This document shows positions 21,001 to 30,711 of a stretch of 64,000 nt of DNA, one piece after another. The notes beneath the pieces are model-generated. The model made no database searches, was not told where the DNA came from, and saw only the letters and a list, made by a program, of their open reading frames with translations. The DNA comes from Ignavibacteriota bacterium (lineage in GTDB: Bacteria > Bacteroidota > Ignavibacteria > UBA10030 > UBA6906), in assembly GCA_963801355.1 (NCBI GenBank), contig CAWDEM010000004.1, forward strand, positions 544,001 to 608,000, read 5' to 3'. Positions within the stretch are counted from its first letter, which is position 1. The number at the start of each line of letters is the position of its first letter. The translations under genes were made by a program, and so were the position numbers.

Positions 21001-21077
21001 GCCTGGGCGAGCAGAATGGTTGTGCCTGTGAGCAGAACCAGCATCAAGGTCAGTGCTCTTCGTAATGCTGCGTACAT
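18015..21077 (-). CDS. Secreted multidomain pectin methylesterase (CE8) with two FN3-like repeats and a T9SS-type CTD
   Basis: QAVAL, GYQDT, GTVDFIFG and YLGRPW CE8 motifs; duplicated PTV.T.A...A..GGNV...GG.TV.ARGICW; NYPNPFNP. Confidence 0.92.
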   Translation of the reverse strand: MYAALRRALTLMLVLLTGTTILLAQATVATWPLTNPSGTPAGTGLNVLVSGPVTGYNELLKGTEINQYTGFNSAQRVRMAGTGNTWPANQTTQIDTVYIQFAVRTKAFFTLTVDSVVLKLGGMSTNYMKANLWYSKDSTFATKTAVTYTTSSTTSPAGTYLLSGGLDVVRFTPAMDLSEGEQFYFRIYPWVDNQATAPSGKYVCPQDVNIYGTATGLPISAAVTWTMKGTITPTVSGLLSAADQKTGDSTQMYGYTTVNAIQCGWVVTRGHAWTARTNLDPDVFVQHEAGPMVGGTFLLDSVSMSLGAAFTNNLKATVLYSRDSSFATSTQLMDTAMVSSTLVPYRFALKDTIASGEKAYVRIYPYNLASEGWAKLMYVSDVRIAGNTIGLAILPPTVSTSAVTSISTTSATGGGNVSADGGGTVFARGICWDTVSTPVFTGNHSTDGGGVGVFTSSLTDLLSGKTYYVRAYAANAGGTAYGNEVTFSTLAAIVPPTVTTTAASSIMVKTAISGGNVAAWGGATVTARGICWNTAAMPTIGDMKTVDGAATGSFTSGLTGLTAATKYFVRAYATNSAGTGYGDTISFTTQVPARDTTVVVAKDGSGTYMTVQAAFNAVPANYTGTWTIFVKKGMYHEKDTLAADRPNVVLMGEDRDSTVIWNDDYGDKYGSGNPGTSGTFTVTIEANDFVAKNITIQNTYAPQAGVSGTQAVALRVNGDRQEYINCRLLGYQDTYYTWGGRGTGRTWHKNCHIEGTVDFIFGRNIVVFDSCTIRALRNGGTLTAASTDASSLFGYVFRNCSIVADSIGYDGAAIASFYLGRPWQNSPRTVFIHSSQPKNLHAAGWLAWNVTPGLYAEFNCFGPGAATAGRVAWSSQLSGSAASHYSLSEIFSKNSAASALIAYDWIPTNATAADELPFVITSVAQETSSELVPDRLTLANYPNPFNPETHIRFSVATGGRAVVKVFNQLGQEVALVYNGFVRAGQWHYASFRAGHRASGAYYCTIESNNQRQVQRMLLLK

Positions 21078-21292
21078 GTAAGCTCCGCTGCATGTTGATG
21101 ATGAACAGGTGATTTGCCTGCGACTTATTCAATTATGGTGTGGGAATATCCTAAGTCGCTGCCGGAAAAGCAATTGGTTCACGGCAGGAGCGCATTTCCG
21201 CGTCCTACCATGCAAACCAGATACCGAAAAACCAGGAGAAAAAAGAGATCGCGCTGATGGAGCTCTTCCATCGCCGATTTGCATTTTCTCTC

Positions 21293-21321
21293 TTGACAAA
21301 TGACGTTCGTTTGTGTATGTT
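21293..21321 (+). promoter_or_regulatory. Sigma70 promoter TTGACA-17-TATGTT for the pectin operon
   Basis: TTGACA 21293-21298, TATGTT 21316-21321, about 60 bp before ATG 21380. Confidence 0.65.
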
Positions 21322-21341
21322 TCGGTACCTCTAGCGTAAAC

Positions 21342-21362
21342 GGTAAAGTAAACGCTTTTACC
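21342..21362. promoter_or_regulatory. Putative LacI-family operator (GGTAAAGTAAACGCTTTTACC; core AAACGCTTT)
   Basis: Inverted repeat GGTAAA/TTTACC with an AAnCGnTT core, just downstream of the predicted transcription start. Confidence 0.45.
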
Positions 21363-21379
21363 TTGCAAGACAGCCCGGC

Positions 21380-24052
21380 ATGAAACCAACGGCGTACGTC
21401 GGATCCGTCCTTCTGCTCTGTGCCACGCTCGGCATAGCCGGCACAACTACTACGGTCATTCCTGATACACTCCCCTGGTCGCGCCGGATCGCCGACTCGT
21501 TTGTTCTCCGGCATCCGGGCGCTGTGACGTATGACACCGCGTCTCCCAGTCAGAAATGGAACTACGAGCAAGGTCTCATGCTCGAAGCTCTCCGGCAGAT
21601 GTCGGTGCACTCCGGAGATCAGCATTACTTCGCATTCGTGCAGAAGAACATGGAGCAGTACGTCGAATCCACCGGAAATATTCTCACCTACAAGCGCGAA
21701 GAATACAACATCGACCAGGTCGCACCCGGGCGATCCCTGCTCGCACTCTATGAGGCCACCGGTCTGCAGCGATTCCGTGCAGCGGCGGACACCCTCCGCC
21801 TCCAGCTGCGCCATCACCCGCGGACACGCGAAGGCGGATTCTGGCACAAGCAGATCTACCCCCACCAGATGTGGCTTGACGGACTCTTCATGGGTGAACC
21901 GTTCTATGCCATGTACGCACGAATGTTCAACGAACCTGACGCGTACGATGACATTATCAACCAGTTCGTCTTTGTCTACCGTCACACGCGCGATGAGAAG
22001 ACCGGATTGCTGTACCATGCATGGGATGAATCCCGGCAACAGCGCTGGGCCGACCCGGTGACAGGTCGGTCGCCGCATTTCTGGGGACGCGCCATCGGTT
22101 GGTACGGGATGGCGATTGTTGATGTGCTGGATTTCCTTCCGGTGGAACACCCACGCCGCGATACGCTCCTGGTCATTCTGCGCGATGTGTGTGCGACGAT
22201 GTTGAAATTCCGCGATCCCGCCTCCAGCGTGTGGTATCAGGTCGTCGACCAGGGAGGGCGCGACAGCAACTATCTCGAAGCGTCCGTCTCGACGATGATG
22301 GCGTACGTCTATGCCAAGGGAGCGAACAGAGGATACATCGATCCTGGATATCTTCAGGAAGCGGAACGCACGTTTGCCGGGATCATCAGGACATTCGTGA
22401 CCGTTGACGCGCAGGGGTTCGTGGATCTGCACAATACGTGCAGGGGCGCCGGTCTCGGCGGTTCGCCGTACCGCGATGGCAGCTACGCGTACTACATGAG
22501 CGAGCCCAGGCGAACGAACGACATGAAAGGCTACGGACCGTTCCTGCTCGCTGCCATAGAATTGGAGAAAGGACTGCATCCTCCACGCGTCTTTTTGGTC
22601 GGCGATTCCACAATGGCAGACAAGCCGCCCACGGGAAACCCCGAGCGCGGATGGGGTCAGGCATTGCCTCTCTTCTTCCGTGAAGGGATACGTATCGAGA
22701 ACCACGCGCGCAACGGGCGCAGCACGAAGAGCTTCTTGCGGGAAGGGCGGTGGGACACGGTATGCGCACGGTTGCGCCCCGGCGACTACGTGCTGGTTCA
22801 GTTCGGGCACAATGACTCGAAGAAAGAGGACTCGACACGTTTTGCCGATGCGCACACCGACTACCGGACGAACCTCATCCGCTATGTCCGCGACGCCCGG
22901 CGTATCGGCGCGCATCCGGTCCTCCTTACCCCCGTTGCCCGCAGACGGTTCGACACCACCGGGACCTATTACGACGCCCACGGTGACTATCCCGCTGTTG
23001 TGCGTGAGGTTGGCGTGAGTGAACAGGTGCCGGTCATCGATCTCAATGCATCGAGCGGTACACTGCTGGCAAGCCTCGGCAAAACGGCGTCGGAGGATCT
23101 CTACCTCCGCGTGCCGCCTGCGACGTATTCGGCGCACCCGAAAGGGAAGGGCGACGATACGCATTTCCGCTGGCGCGGTGCGTACGCCATGGCCGGACTC
23201 GTGGCCGACGGCATCCGTGCCCTCCATCTTCCGCTTGCCGGTTTCCTCACGTTGCCACTCCCCGCCGGCCCGGTGGGAGTGAACAAGATGGTGCTGCTGG
23301 ATTGTGCGTTCAACAATGAGTGGAGACAGGGAGCGGACGGCCAGACCGTCCGATATCACTATGTGTGGGATGACACCACAAACTCCGGCTACTCTCAGCT
23401 CGCGACAATCATTTCCCGCACCGGCGCCGTGGTGGATACCCTGAGCGTTCCGCCCACCGCCGATGCACTGCGCCACGCTTCGGTCTATATCGTCGTCGAT
23501 CCGGACACACCTCAGGAGACCGCCCGTCCCCGATACATCGGGAAGAACGACGCCCGGACCATCGAGAAGTGGGTGCGTGGGGGAGGGATTCTTGTTCTTC
23601 TGGGAAACGACAAAGGGAACGCCGAGTTCACACATTTCAACGGACTTGCGGAACGGTTTGGCATTCATTTCAACGAGGACAGCCAGAACCGCGTGACCGG
23701 GCAACAGTACGAGACCGGGACATTCGACCGCTTTCCCATGCATCCGCTCTTTGCCGGCGTGCGCCGCATATTCATCAAGGAATACAGCTCACTCCGGCTC
23801 GCGAAACCGGCCCGACCGGTATTCCGGGCCCCTGCAGACGGCCCCGTCGTGATCACGTACGCCCCAGCGGGCAAAGGAGCAGTCTTTGCGGTAGGCGATC
23901 CATGGTTCTACAACGAATACATGGATGCCCGCCGGCTTCCGCAGGGATATGACAACGCAGTGGCGGCAAAGAATCTCTTCCGCTGGCTCCTCGGGCAGTC
24001 GCATCAGGAGGTGGGTGCGGGGCAGACTAACGGGCACACGAGAACGCCGTGA
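21380..24052 (+). CDS. Fusion: GH105 unsaturated rhamnogalacturonyl hydrolase + CE12/SGNH rhamnogalacturonan acetylesterase + DUF4350-like domain
   Basis: WNYEQG, MWLDGLFM, HAWDES, WGRAIGW (GH105); LVGDST, QFGHND, DDTH (SGNH/CE12); C-terminal YIVVDPDT...GDPWFYNEY; signal peptide. Confidence 0.9.
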   Translation: MKPTAYVGSVLLLCATLGIAGTTTTVIPDTLPWSRRIADSFVLRHPGAVTYDTASPSQKWNYEQGLMLEALRQMSVHSGDQHYFAFVQKNMEQYVESTGNILTYKREEYNIDQVAPGRSLLALYEATGLQRFRAAADTLRLQLRHHPRTREGGFWHKQIYPHQMWLDGLFMGEPFYAMYARMFNEPDAYDDIINQFVFVYRHTRDEKTGLLYHAWDESRQQRWADPVTGRSPHFWGRAIGWYGMAIVDVLDFLPVEHPRRDTLLVILRDVCATMLKFRDPASSVWYQVVDQGGRDSNYLEASVSTMMAYVYAKGANRGYIDPGYLQEAERTFAGIIRTFVTVDAQGFVDLHNTCRGAGLGGSPYRDGSYAYYMSEPRRTNDMKGYGPFLLAAIELEKGLHPPRVFLVGDSTMADKPPTGNPERGWGQALPLFFREGIRIENHARNGRSTKSFLREGRWDTVCARLRPGDYVLVQFGHNDSKKEDSTRFADAHTDYRTNLIRYVRDARRIGAHPVLLTPVARRRFDTTGTYYDAHGDYPAVVREVGVSEQVPVIDLNASSGTLLASLGKTASEDLYLRVPPATYSAHPKGKGDDTHFRWRGAYAMAGLVADGIRALHLPLAGFLTLPLPAGPVGVNKMVLLDCAFNNEWRQGADGQTVRYHYVWDDTTNSGYSQLATIISRTGAVVDTLSVPPTADALRHASVYIVVDPDTPQETARPRYIGKNDARTIEKWVRGGGILVLLGNDKGNAEFTHFNGLAERFGIHFNEDSQNRVTGQQYETGTFDRFPMHPLFAGVRRIFIKEYSSLRLAKPARPVFRAPADGPVVITYAPAGKGAVFAVGDPWFYNEYMDARRLPQGYDNAVAAKNLFRWLLGQSHQEVGAGQTNGHTRTP

Positions 24053-25749
24053 ACCATTGCTCCCTGCTGTTGATACTCTTTCTTCTTTCAGTCTATCCCT
24101 GCCGGGCACAGCACCCTCCGGCAATTGCCGACGAACTCGCCGCACTCTCCACAGGCCTTCCCTTCGCGATGCCGAAGGTCGCTGTTCCTACTTTCTCCGA
24201 TCGCCTGGTGACGATTACACAGCACGGGGCCATCCCGGACGGCGTGACGCTCAATACCAGGGCGTTCGCGGAGGCCATCGACGTATGCGCGAAAGCAGGA
24301 GGCGGCACGGTCATTGTTCCGGCGGGCACGTGGTTGACTGGACCAATCAGATTGTTGAGCAACGTGCGATTGCACGTTGAACGGGGAGCGTTGGTGCAGT
24401 TCAGCAGCCGGATCGAGGATTTCCCTCTGATTCCCGGGCTTGACGGCAAGTCCAAGCGGTACGTCGTCACACCACCGCTCTCTGCATACCGGGCGGACAA
24501 CATCGCTATTACGGGTGAAGGGGTATTCGACGGTGCAGGAGAGGTATGGCGCTACGTCAAGAAGGAAAAGCTCACGGCACGGCAATGGAAGGATCTGGTG
24601 TCGACGGGCGGCGTCGTGACTTCCGACGGGAAGGAATGGTGGCCCTCACGCGAAGCGATGGAGGCGGATGAAGTGATCAAGGGTTTCGCCAGGGGAGGGC
24701 CGGAACCGGCACGCGAGGACTATGCGAAGTTGAAGGAGTTCTTACGTCCCGACCTGGTGCGCCTGGAACAATGTACTTCCATCCTGATTGACGGTCCCAC
24801 CTTTGAGAACTCGCCGAAATTTCACGTGCATCCCGTACAGTGTGAGAATCTCATCATACGGGACACGAAGGTGTTGACCGAATGGCATGCGCAAAACGGG
24901 GATGGCATCGACCTGACGTCATGCCGCAATGTTTTTGTGTACCGCGCGACGGTCAACGTTGGCGACGACGGTCTCTGCTTGAAACCGGGGACCATCAGCA
25001 AGAGCCAGGCACCGGGGCCGTCCTGCGAGAACATTGTCATAGCCGACTGCATCGTGTATCATGCCCACGGGGGGTTCGTCATCGGCAGCGAGAGCTACGG
25101 CGGTGCGAGGAATATCTCCGTGAAGAATTGCCAGTTCATCGGTACGGATGTGGGCATCAGGTGCAAGTCGCTGCGCACACGGGGCGGTGTCATCGAAAAA
25201 ATCTGGATTGACGGAATCCAGATGCGTGCGATCGGCAGCGAAGCGATCCTGTTCGATATGTACTACGGCGGGAATGCCCCGGATGTGGAGGCGGAAAAAT
25301 CGCCGGGCGAGCGGCGTGCCGGGCGGCCTACCGAGCCGGTCAACGAGCGCACTCCGCAATTCCGGGATTTTGTGATCCGCAACGTAGTGTGCAATGGTGC
25401 GGCACGGGCGGTGGTAGTACGCGGCCTCCCCGAAATGCCCGTGCGCAACATTTTGATGGAAAACGTCTCGGTGGCCTCGACGGGCGGAGTCACACTCATC
25501 GATGCCGAGGGGATTGCCTTCACGGGATGCCGCATTGTTCCGCGGACGAGCCCGGTTTTTTCCGTACAGGACAGCAAGGGCATCACCATCGCCGGAGGGA
25601 TGTACCCCGCGCAATCCGACCTTTTTCTCAGCGTTGAAGGGGAGAAGACGTCAGGCATACGGTTGGAGGGTGTGGACACGAAGGCGGCAAAGGAAGTCGT
25701 CCGCCTCGGCGTGCATGTCAATGCAAACGCAATAGCACGAATACCATGA
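24049..25749 (+). CDS. GH28 polygalacturonase/exo-galacturonase
   Basis: NGDGID, GDD, HGG and RCKS catalytic motifs; beta-helix; signal peptide. Confidence 0.92.
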   Translation: MNHCSLLLILFLLSVYPCRAQHPPAIADELAALSTGLPFAMPKVAVPTFSDRLVTITQHGAIPDGVTLNTRAFAEAIDVCAKAGGGTVIVPAGTWLTGPIRLLSNVRLHVERGALVQFSSRIEDFPLIPGLDGKSKRYVVTPPLSAYRADNIAITGEGVFDGAGEVWRYVKKEKLTARQWKDLVSTGGVVTSDGKEWWPSREAMEADEVIKGFARGGPEPAREDYAKLKEFLRPDLVRLEQCTSILIDGPTFENSPKFHVHPVQCENLIIRDTKVLTEWHAQNGDGIDLTSCRNVFVYRATVNVGDDGLCLKPGTISKSQAPGPSCENIVIADCIVYHAHGGFVIGSESYGGARNISVKNCQFIGTDVGIRCKSLRTRGGVIEKIWIDGIQMRAIGSEAILFDMYYGGNAPDVEAEKSPGERRAGRPTEPVNERTPQFRDFVIRNVVCNGAARAVVVRGLPEMPVRNILMENVSVASTGGVTLIDAEGIAFTGCRIVPRTSPVFSVQDSKGITIAGGMYPAQSDLFLSVEGEKTSGIRLEGVDTKAAKEVVRLGVHVNANAIARIP

Positions 25750-25772
25750 GCCATGCGCAAAGGAGTAGCATC

Positions 25773-28772
25773 ATGAAGACTCTTGTTACTATTGTGGCGA
25801 TTTTGGTCGTAATTCCTTCCCTGCTCCTTGCCCAGGGAACAATCAGGGGTACCGTCACCGATTCAGCGTCGGGCGATGCGTTGGTAGGAGCGAATGTTCT
25901 TGTCAAGGGGACAGCGCTCGGGGCCGCGACGGATCTCTACGGCAAGTACCGCATTCCCAATGTTGGGGCGGGCCAGCGCATGCTGCGTGTGACCTATGTT
26001 GGTTCGAAAACCCGGGAGGTCCCAGTTACTGTTCCTGCTGACGGAGAGGTCATTGTCAATCTCGGACTGATGCCCGACGTCATTGAAGGGCAGGAGGTGC
26101 TTGTGACGGCACAGGTCCGCGGTCAGGAAGCGGCTATCAACCAGCAGATCACTTCCAGCACCATCGTCAATGTCATCTCCGAAGAGAAGATCAAAGAACT
26201 TCCCGATGCCAATGCTGCCGAGGCCATCGGCCGTCTTCCCGGCGTCTCCATTATAAGGTCCGGCGGTGAAGCGAGCAAGGTTATCCTTCGCGGTATGAGC
26301 GACAAATTCACCACGTTCACGATTGACGGGGTCAGAATTCCGCCCACCGATCCGGATTCGCGCGGCGTCGATCTCAGCACCTTTTCGCAAGGGACGCTCT
26401 CAGGAGTCGAATTGTTCAAAGCGCTCACACCGGATAAGGACGGGGATGCCATTGCAGGCAGCATCAATCTTGTGACGCGTAAAGCGCCCTCCACGCGTCT
26501 GATCCGTTTGGACGCAAAAGGAGCATACAATCGCCTCGACGACGAACTCGGACAGTATGACTTCAATGGACGATACGGCGAGCGCTTCTTTGACGACGTT
26601 CTTGGGGTGCAGGTTACGGGAAACATCGAGCGCCGCGACCGAAGTAACGAACAATTCACACTCGATATCGAAAATCAGGCGCCTCTGCATGGCCTCGGCT
26701 GGAAGTACAATGACTTCACCGTGCAATATACGAATGAGACTCGTAAGCGCGGTGGCGTGGGACTGTTGCTAGATGTGAATACCCCTGACAACGGGTCGAT
26801 CAGAATCAACAATCTCTTCAGCCAGACAAATCGGAACTACACGATTTACAGCCGCAACTATCCTTACACCGGCACCGGGTTGAACTATGATGCGTGGGAT
26901 CGCGAGCAGGTTGTGAACTCGTTCAATAGCTCCATCCGCGGCGAAAACTATCTGTTGGATTTGGGCCTCAACTGGGGGCTTTCCTATGCAGAGTCGAAGA
27001 TAGACAATCCCTATGATTATCGTTTGGTGTTCACTGAGCCCTCCATTTTGGATACAAGCGGGAACGCCGGCATGGCTCCGTACCCGGAGGCCATCAGGCA
27101 AACTGCACCGGGGGACATCATCCCCTTCGCGTACAACAATTTCGCAAAAGCAAAGCTCGACAGTGCGTTCTATCATCAAGAGAAAAACAGCGATCGCGAG
27201 AAGACGGCTTTCCTGGATGTTGCGAAGAAATACGTGCTAGGCGACATGTTCTCCGGCGAACTCAAGTTGGGCGGAAAATACCGATACAAGAACCGGTTCA
27301 AGGCCACTGACGAAACTATGGCCCCGTACTGGCTTGGATACTACCAGGACTATACGCGCAACGCCGATGGAAGCATTACAGCAAAGAATTTCCAAGGAAC
27401 ACGCTTCCAGAATCTCAAGCTGGTGGATCAAAACATCATCTTTACGAATTTCCTTGATCCCTCTCCCGCGGAGCGGAGTCTGTATGACAAGTACCGCCTA
27501 TATCCGATGGTCAACAGAGACGCCCTTCGTGATTGGTATGAGCTCAACAAGAACGGGGTCAGCGCCAACGGAAAGCAATCAGAGTATTACGACGACCCTG
27601 AAAAACGTGGTGACTTCTACGACATCGTCGAACGAGTCGCTTCCGGATACATCATGAACACGCTGAACTTCGGCACGCTGGCGACATTGATCGCCGGTGC
27701 CCGTGTCGAAAGTGAAACCAATGACTATATGGCGAAATATGTCAGCACGGCCCTCGGTGGATTTCCAACAACGGGGAAATTGCTGGATACAACGGCCACA
27801 TTTACTGAAACCACGTGGCTTCCGAATTTTCATTTGACGGTGAGGCCGCTGGACTTCATGACGGTTCGTTTTGCGGCGTACAGGGCGATCGCCCGGCCGG
27901 ATTTCAATACCCGGTTCGAGAAAATGGTCGCCCGGGTCACAAGTCCGCGCAGCACCCTCGTAATTGGAAATCCCCGGCTCAAGAATGCCAAAGCGTGGAA
28001 CTTCGAAGTGAACACATCTCTCTTCGGAAATGAGATTGGACTGTTCACAGTGTCCGCATACTACCGGACGATTGATGACATGTTTCACACGGTCACCGCC
28101 ATTCCCGGGGATTACATACCGGGCGATCCCGGTTCGTTGCTGGACACGCTGGGAATCACCTGGCATCCGGATATAGTGGGGGGTGCGCCAATCTCGTTGA
28201 CGTACACAGTCAACAGCTCCCAACCAACAAAGGTGTGGGGTTTCGAAGTCGAACACCAGGCGAACCTGGGTTTCCTTCCCGGTCTGCTATCGAACATCGT
28301 GCTCAGTTATAACCTGTCGGTTGTACGTTCAGAAACTTACGTGCTTGGATACAGGACCGACACTACGTACACCATCAAACCTCCCATTCCGTTCCCGCTG
28401 CCAACCTACAAGACGCGGCTTGTTGAAACAAAGCAGAAGCTAGAAGGGCAGCCTGAATTCTTCGGCAACGTCGCCGTCGGCTACGACTTGGGAGGTTTTT
28501 CTGGAAGATTATCGGTGTTCTTCCAGGGTGAGTACAACCGATCCTATTCCGCGGGGCGTATGAATGACCCTGTTGTCAAAGACTTCTCACGCTGGGATCT
28601 ATCGGTCCGGCAGCGTATCACCCCGAACATCTCGATCTTCTTCAATCTGAACAATATCGCCGGCGTTGAGGAGGAAGTGTATACTGTGGACCGCCTTCAC
28701 ATCTGGGAGACTCTGCGATCGAGCCAGCGATATGGACTGACCGGTGATCTTGGCGTCCGGGTCGAATTGTAG
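25773..28772 (+). CDS. TonB-dependent receptor with N-terminal carboxypeptidase-regulatory-like domain
   Basis: AGGAG RBS; GTIRGTVTD...LVGANV; plug LPDANAAEAIGRLPGVS...DGDAIAGSINL; beta-barrel ending LGVRVEL. Confidence 0.93.
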   Translation: MKTLVTIVAILVVIPSLLLAQGTIRGTVTDSASGDALVGANVLVKGTALGAATDLYGKYRIPNVGAGQRMLRVTYVGSKTREVPVTVPADGEVIVNLGLMPDVIEGQEVLVTAQVRGQEAAINQQITSSTIVNVISEEKIKELPDANAAEAIGRLPGVSIIRSGGEASKVILRGMSDKFTTFTIDGVRIPPTDPDSRGVDLSTFSQGTLSGVELFKALTPDKDGDAIAGSINLVTRKAPSTRLIRLDAKGAYNRLDDELGQYDFNGRYGERFFDDVLGVQVTGNIERRDRSNEQFTLDIENQAPLHGLGWKYNDFTVQYTNETRKRGGVGLLLDVNTPDNGSIRINNLFSQTNRNYTIYSRNYPYTGTGLNYDAWDREQVVNSFNSSIRGENYLLDLGLNWGLSYAESKIDNPYDYRLVFTEPSILDTSGNAGMAPYPEAIRQTAPGDIIPFAYNNFAKAKLDSAFYHQEKNSDREKTAFLDVAKKYVLGDMFSGELKLGGKYRYKNRFKATDETMAPYWLGYYQDYTRNADGSITAKNFQGTRFQNLKLVDQNIIFTNFLDPSPAERSLYDKYRLYPMVNRDALRDWYELNKNGVSANGKQSEYYDDPEKRGDFYDIVERVASGYIMNTLNFGTLATLIAGARVESETNDYMAKYVSTALGGFPTTGKLLDTTATFTETTWLPNFHLTVRPLDFMTVRFAAYRAIARPDFNTRFEKMVARVTSPRSTLVIGNPRLKNAKAWNFEVNTSLFGNEIGLFTVSAYYRTIDDMFHTVTAIPGDYIPGDPGSLLDTLGITWHPDIVGGAPISLTYTVNSSQPTKVWGFEVEHQANLGFLPGLLSNIVLSYNLSVVRSETYVLGYRTDTTYTIKPPIPFPLPTYKTRLVETKQKLEGQPEFFGNVAVGYDLGGFSGRLSVFFQGEYNRSYSAGRMNDPVVKDFSRWDLSVRQRITPNISIFFNLNNIAGVEEEVYTVDRLHIWETLRSSQRYGLTGDLGVRVEL

Positions 28773-28858
28773 TGGGAATGTTTCAAGCTGTTACTGCTGT
28801 GTAATTCACTGGTTGTTTCATTTGGCGTGAACCATTCATCTAATCAGAGGAGGGTGCT

Positions 28859-30547
28859 ATGCGCACGTTTCACAGTCTTGTTGTATGCCTCTTGGCTGTG
28901 CTTTTCCTCGTGCCCGCAGGGGCCAACGGCCAGAACTATGTCCGGGTGCCGGACACCGGCTTCCTTAATACGTTCATCATGGGCGACACTCTGGCAAATG
29001 GCACAAGGAGAGACACTAACGCAGTGTATGTTCTGACCCGTGGCAAGATCTACCTCAGCGATGCGGTCATGGTGAACACTGGATGGGCTTTCCGGTTGAT
29101 CGCAAATGACACAACAGGGAATGTCCCCAAGCCGGTCGTATATTTGTACGTCTCCGGTACAGGAACGTACCCCGGATATTTCGTCCGGGCGAAAGGTGAT
29201 GTGATGGCGAAGAACGTCGTCATCTGCGGCATCAATGAACTCACCCCTGAACTCCCCAAGATTCAAGGCAACATTTTTGAAGCAAATGCTGCCGGGCTAA
29301 ACATAACTGTCGATGGCTGTGTGTTGGCAAATACCAGCGGCCAGCTCATACGGACCGCCTACGCTACAAAGAACATTAAAGTCACGAACTCTATTTTCGC
29401 CAACATGGGTTACAACGGGACGTCCAACCTCGGGGCAGGGAAGGGGATCGACCTCCGGGAAATGTCGGTGGATACGTTGCTCATGGTCAACAACACGTTT
29501 GTGAACTGGCAGGACCGCATTGTCCGTCACTTCAAGAGCACCGCGAACGTCAAATATTTCCGATTCGAACACAATACCTGCGTCAACGGAATGTCGTATC
29601 ACGGCTTCCTGTCCCTCGGAAAACTCGAAGGCAAGGCGATCATTTCAAACAATCTGCTTGTTGATCACTTCGCACTTGGGGCAGATTCTGATGCCGTCCG
29701 CCAGTCGGAATTCACGGATAGCCGCGAACTGGATGAAATGGGCAACCCGAGAATGAGCTGGGTCATCGCAAATCCTGACACGGCAAATACGATCTTCTAT
29801 ACGATTAAGAACAACTACTACCGTGTGACCCCGGCAGGGCAAACGTTCTGGGATTCGGCGTCCATCCTGCCCATCGTTGCCAACCCGCCGTTATGGGTGG
29901 GCCCCCCATTGACACACAACATCTGCGGCAGAATCGGGACGGATTCCACCACTGCCTTCCAGCTTACGACTGCTGATCTGCCGAATACGCCGAAGCTGAT
30001 GGTGGAATTTATGAAATGGTACAGACGTCCCACTGCGGATTCTGGTGCAAACAAGGCAAAAGTCCGCACGGGTTGGAGACAAACGCTGCACGACATGGAC
30101 CGAAGGCCGATGAAGTACTTCACGGACACGCTCAATTGTGCCTATCCTACGTCTGCCGCAATCTATAGCGCTGCAACCGGCGGATACCCCGTGGGCGATC
30201 TGAACTGGTTCCCCGCACGCTATACCGCATGGAAGAGCGACCCTGTGTCGGGCGTCGATGACCGGGGCGGCGAAGTGCCTGAAGCCTTCACGCTCGAACA
30301 GAACTATCCGAATCCCTTCAACCCAACGACGCAGATCGTGTACACGCTACCCATAGCGGCCCAGGTGGACCTGAATGTATATAACCTGCTCGGCCAGAAG
30401 AGTCATGACCCTGGTGAATGATACGAAGGAAGCCGGGTTCGTATACCGTAACGTTCGATAGCCAAAGGGCTCTCCTGCGGCGTCTACTTCTATCGTCTGA
30501 CAGCCGGCGATCAGGTTATGTCGATGAAAATGATGTTGATGAAGTAG
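28859..30547 (+). CDS. Secreted beta-helix protein with T9SS-type CTD; two apparent +1 frameshifts in the CTD (ORF track stops at 30421)
   Basis: GGAGG RBS; signal peptide; [10 protein letters not shown]; [11 protein letters not shown]. Removing one base near 30398 and one near 30460 restores [48 protein letters not shown], stop 30547. Confidence 0.85.
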
Positions 30548-30597
30548 ATGATGCAGGTGAAGTCGTGGGAATCTAGACCGGGATTGAAGGTCAGGAA

Positions 30598-30675
30598 AGC
30601 AGATCGAGATCGGGATTGAGATCTGGAGAAAGGGCATACTCTTTTCTCAGTTCTCGATCTTGATCTCGGTTTGCT
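30598..30675. repeat. Long imperfect hairpin built of GAGATC/GATCTC-like hexamers (possible terminator or REP-like element)
   Basis: AGCAGATCGAGATCGGGATTGAGATCTGGAGAAAGGG pairs with CTTTTCTCAGTTCTCGATCTTGATCTCGGTTTGCT. Confidence 0.65.
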
Positions 30676-30711
30676 CCCGGCCTCATTGCCGATCTTCCTA
30701 AAGGGCTGATA

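Noticed and set aside
21179-23743. 854-aa antisense ORF
   Set aside because: Shadow of the GH105-CE12 gene in GC-rich DNA; no motifs or RBS, while the + strand has clear family signatures.
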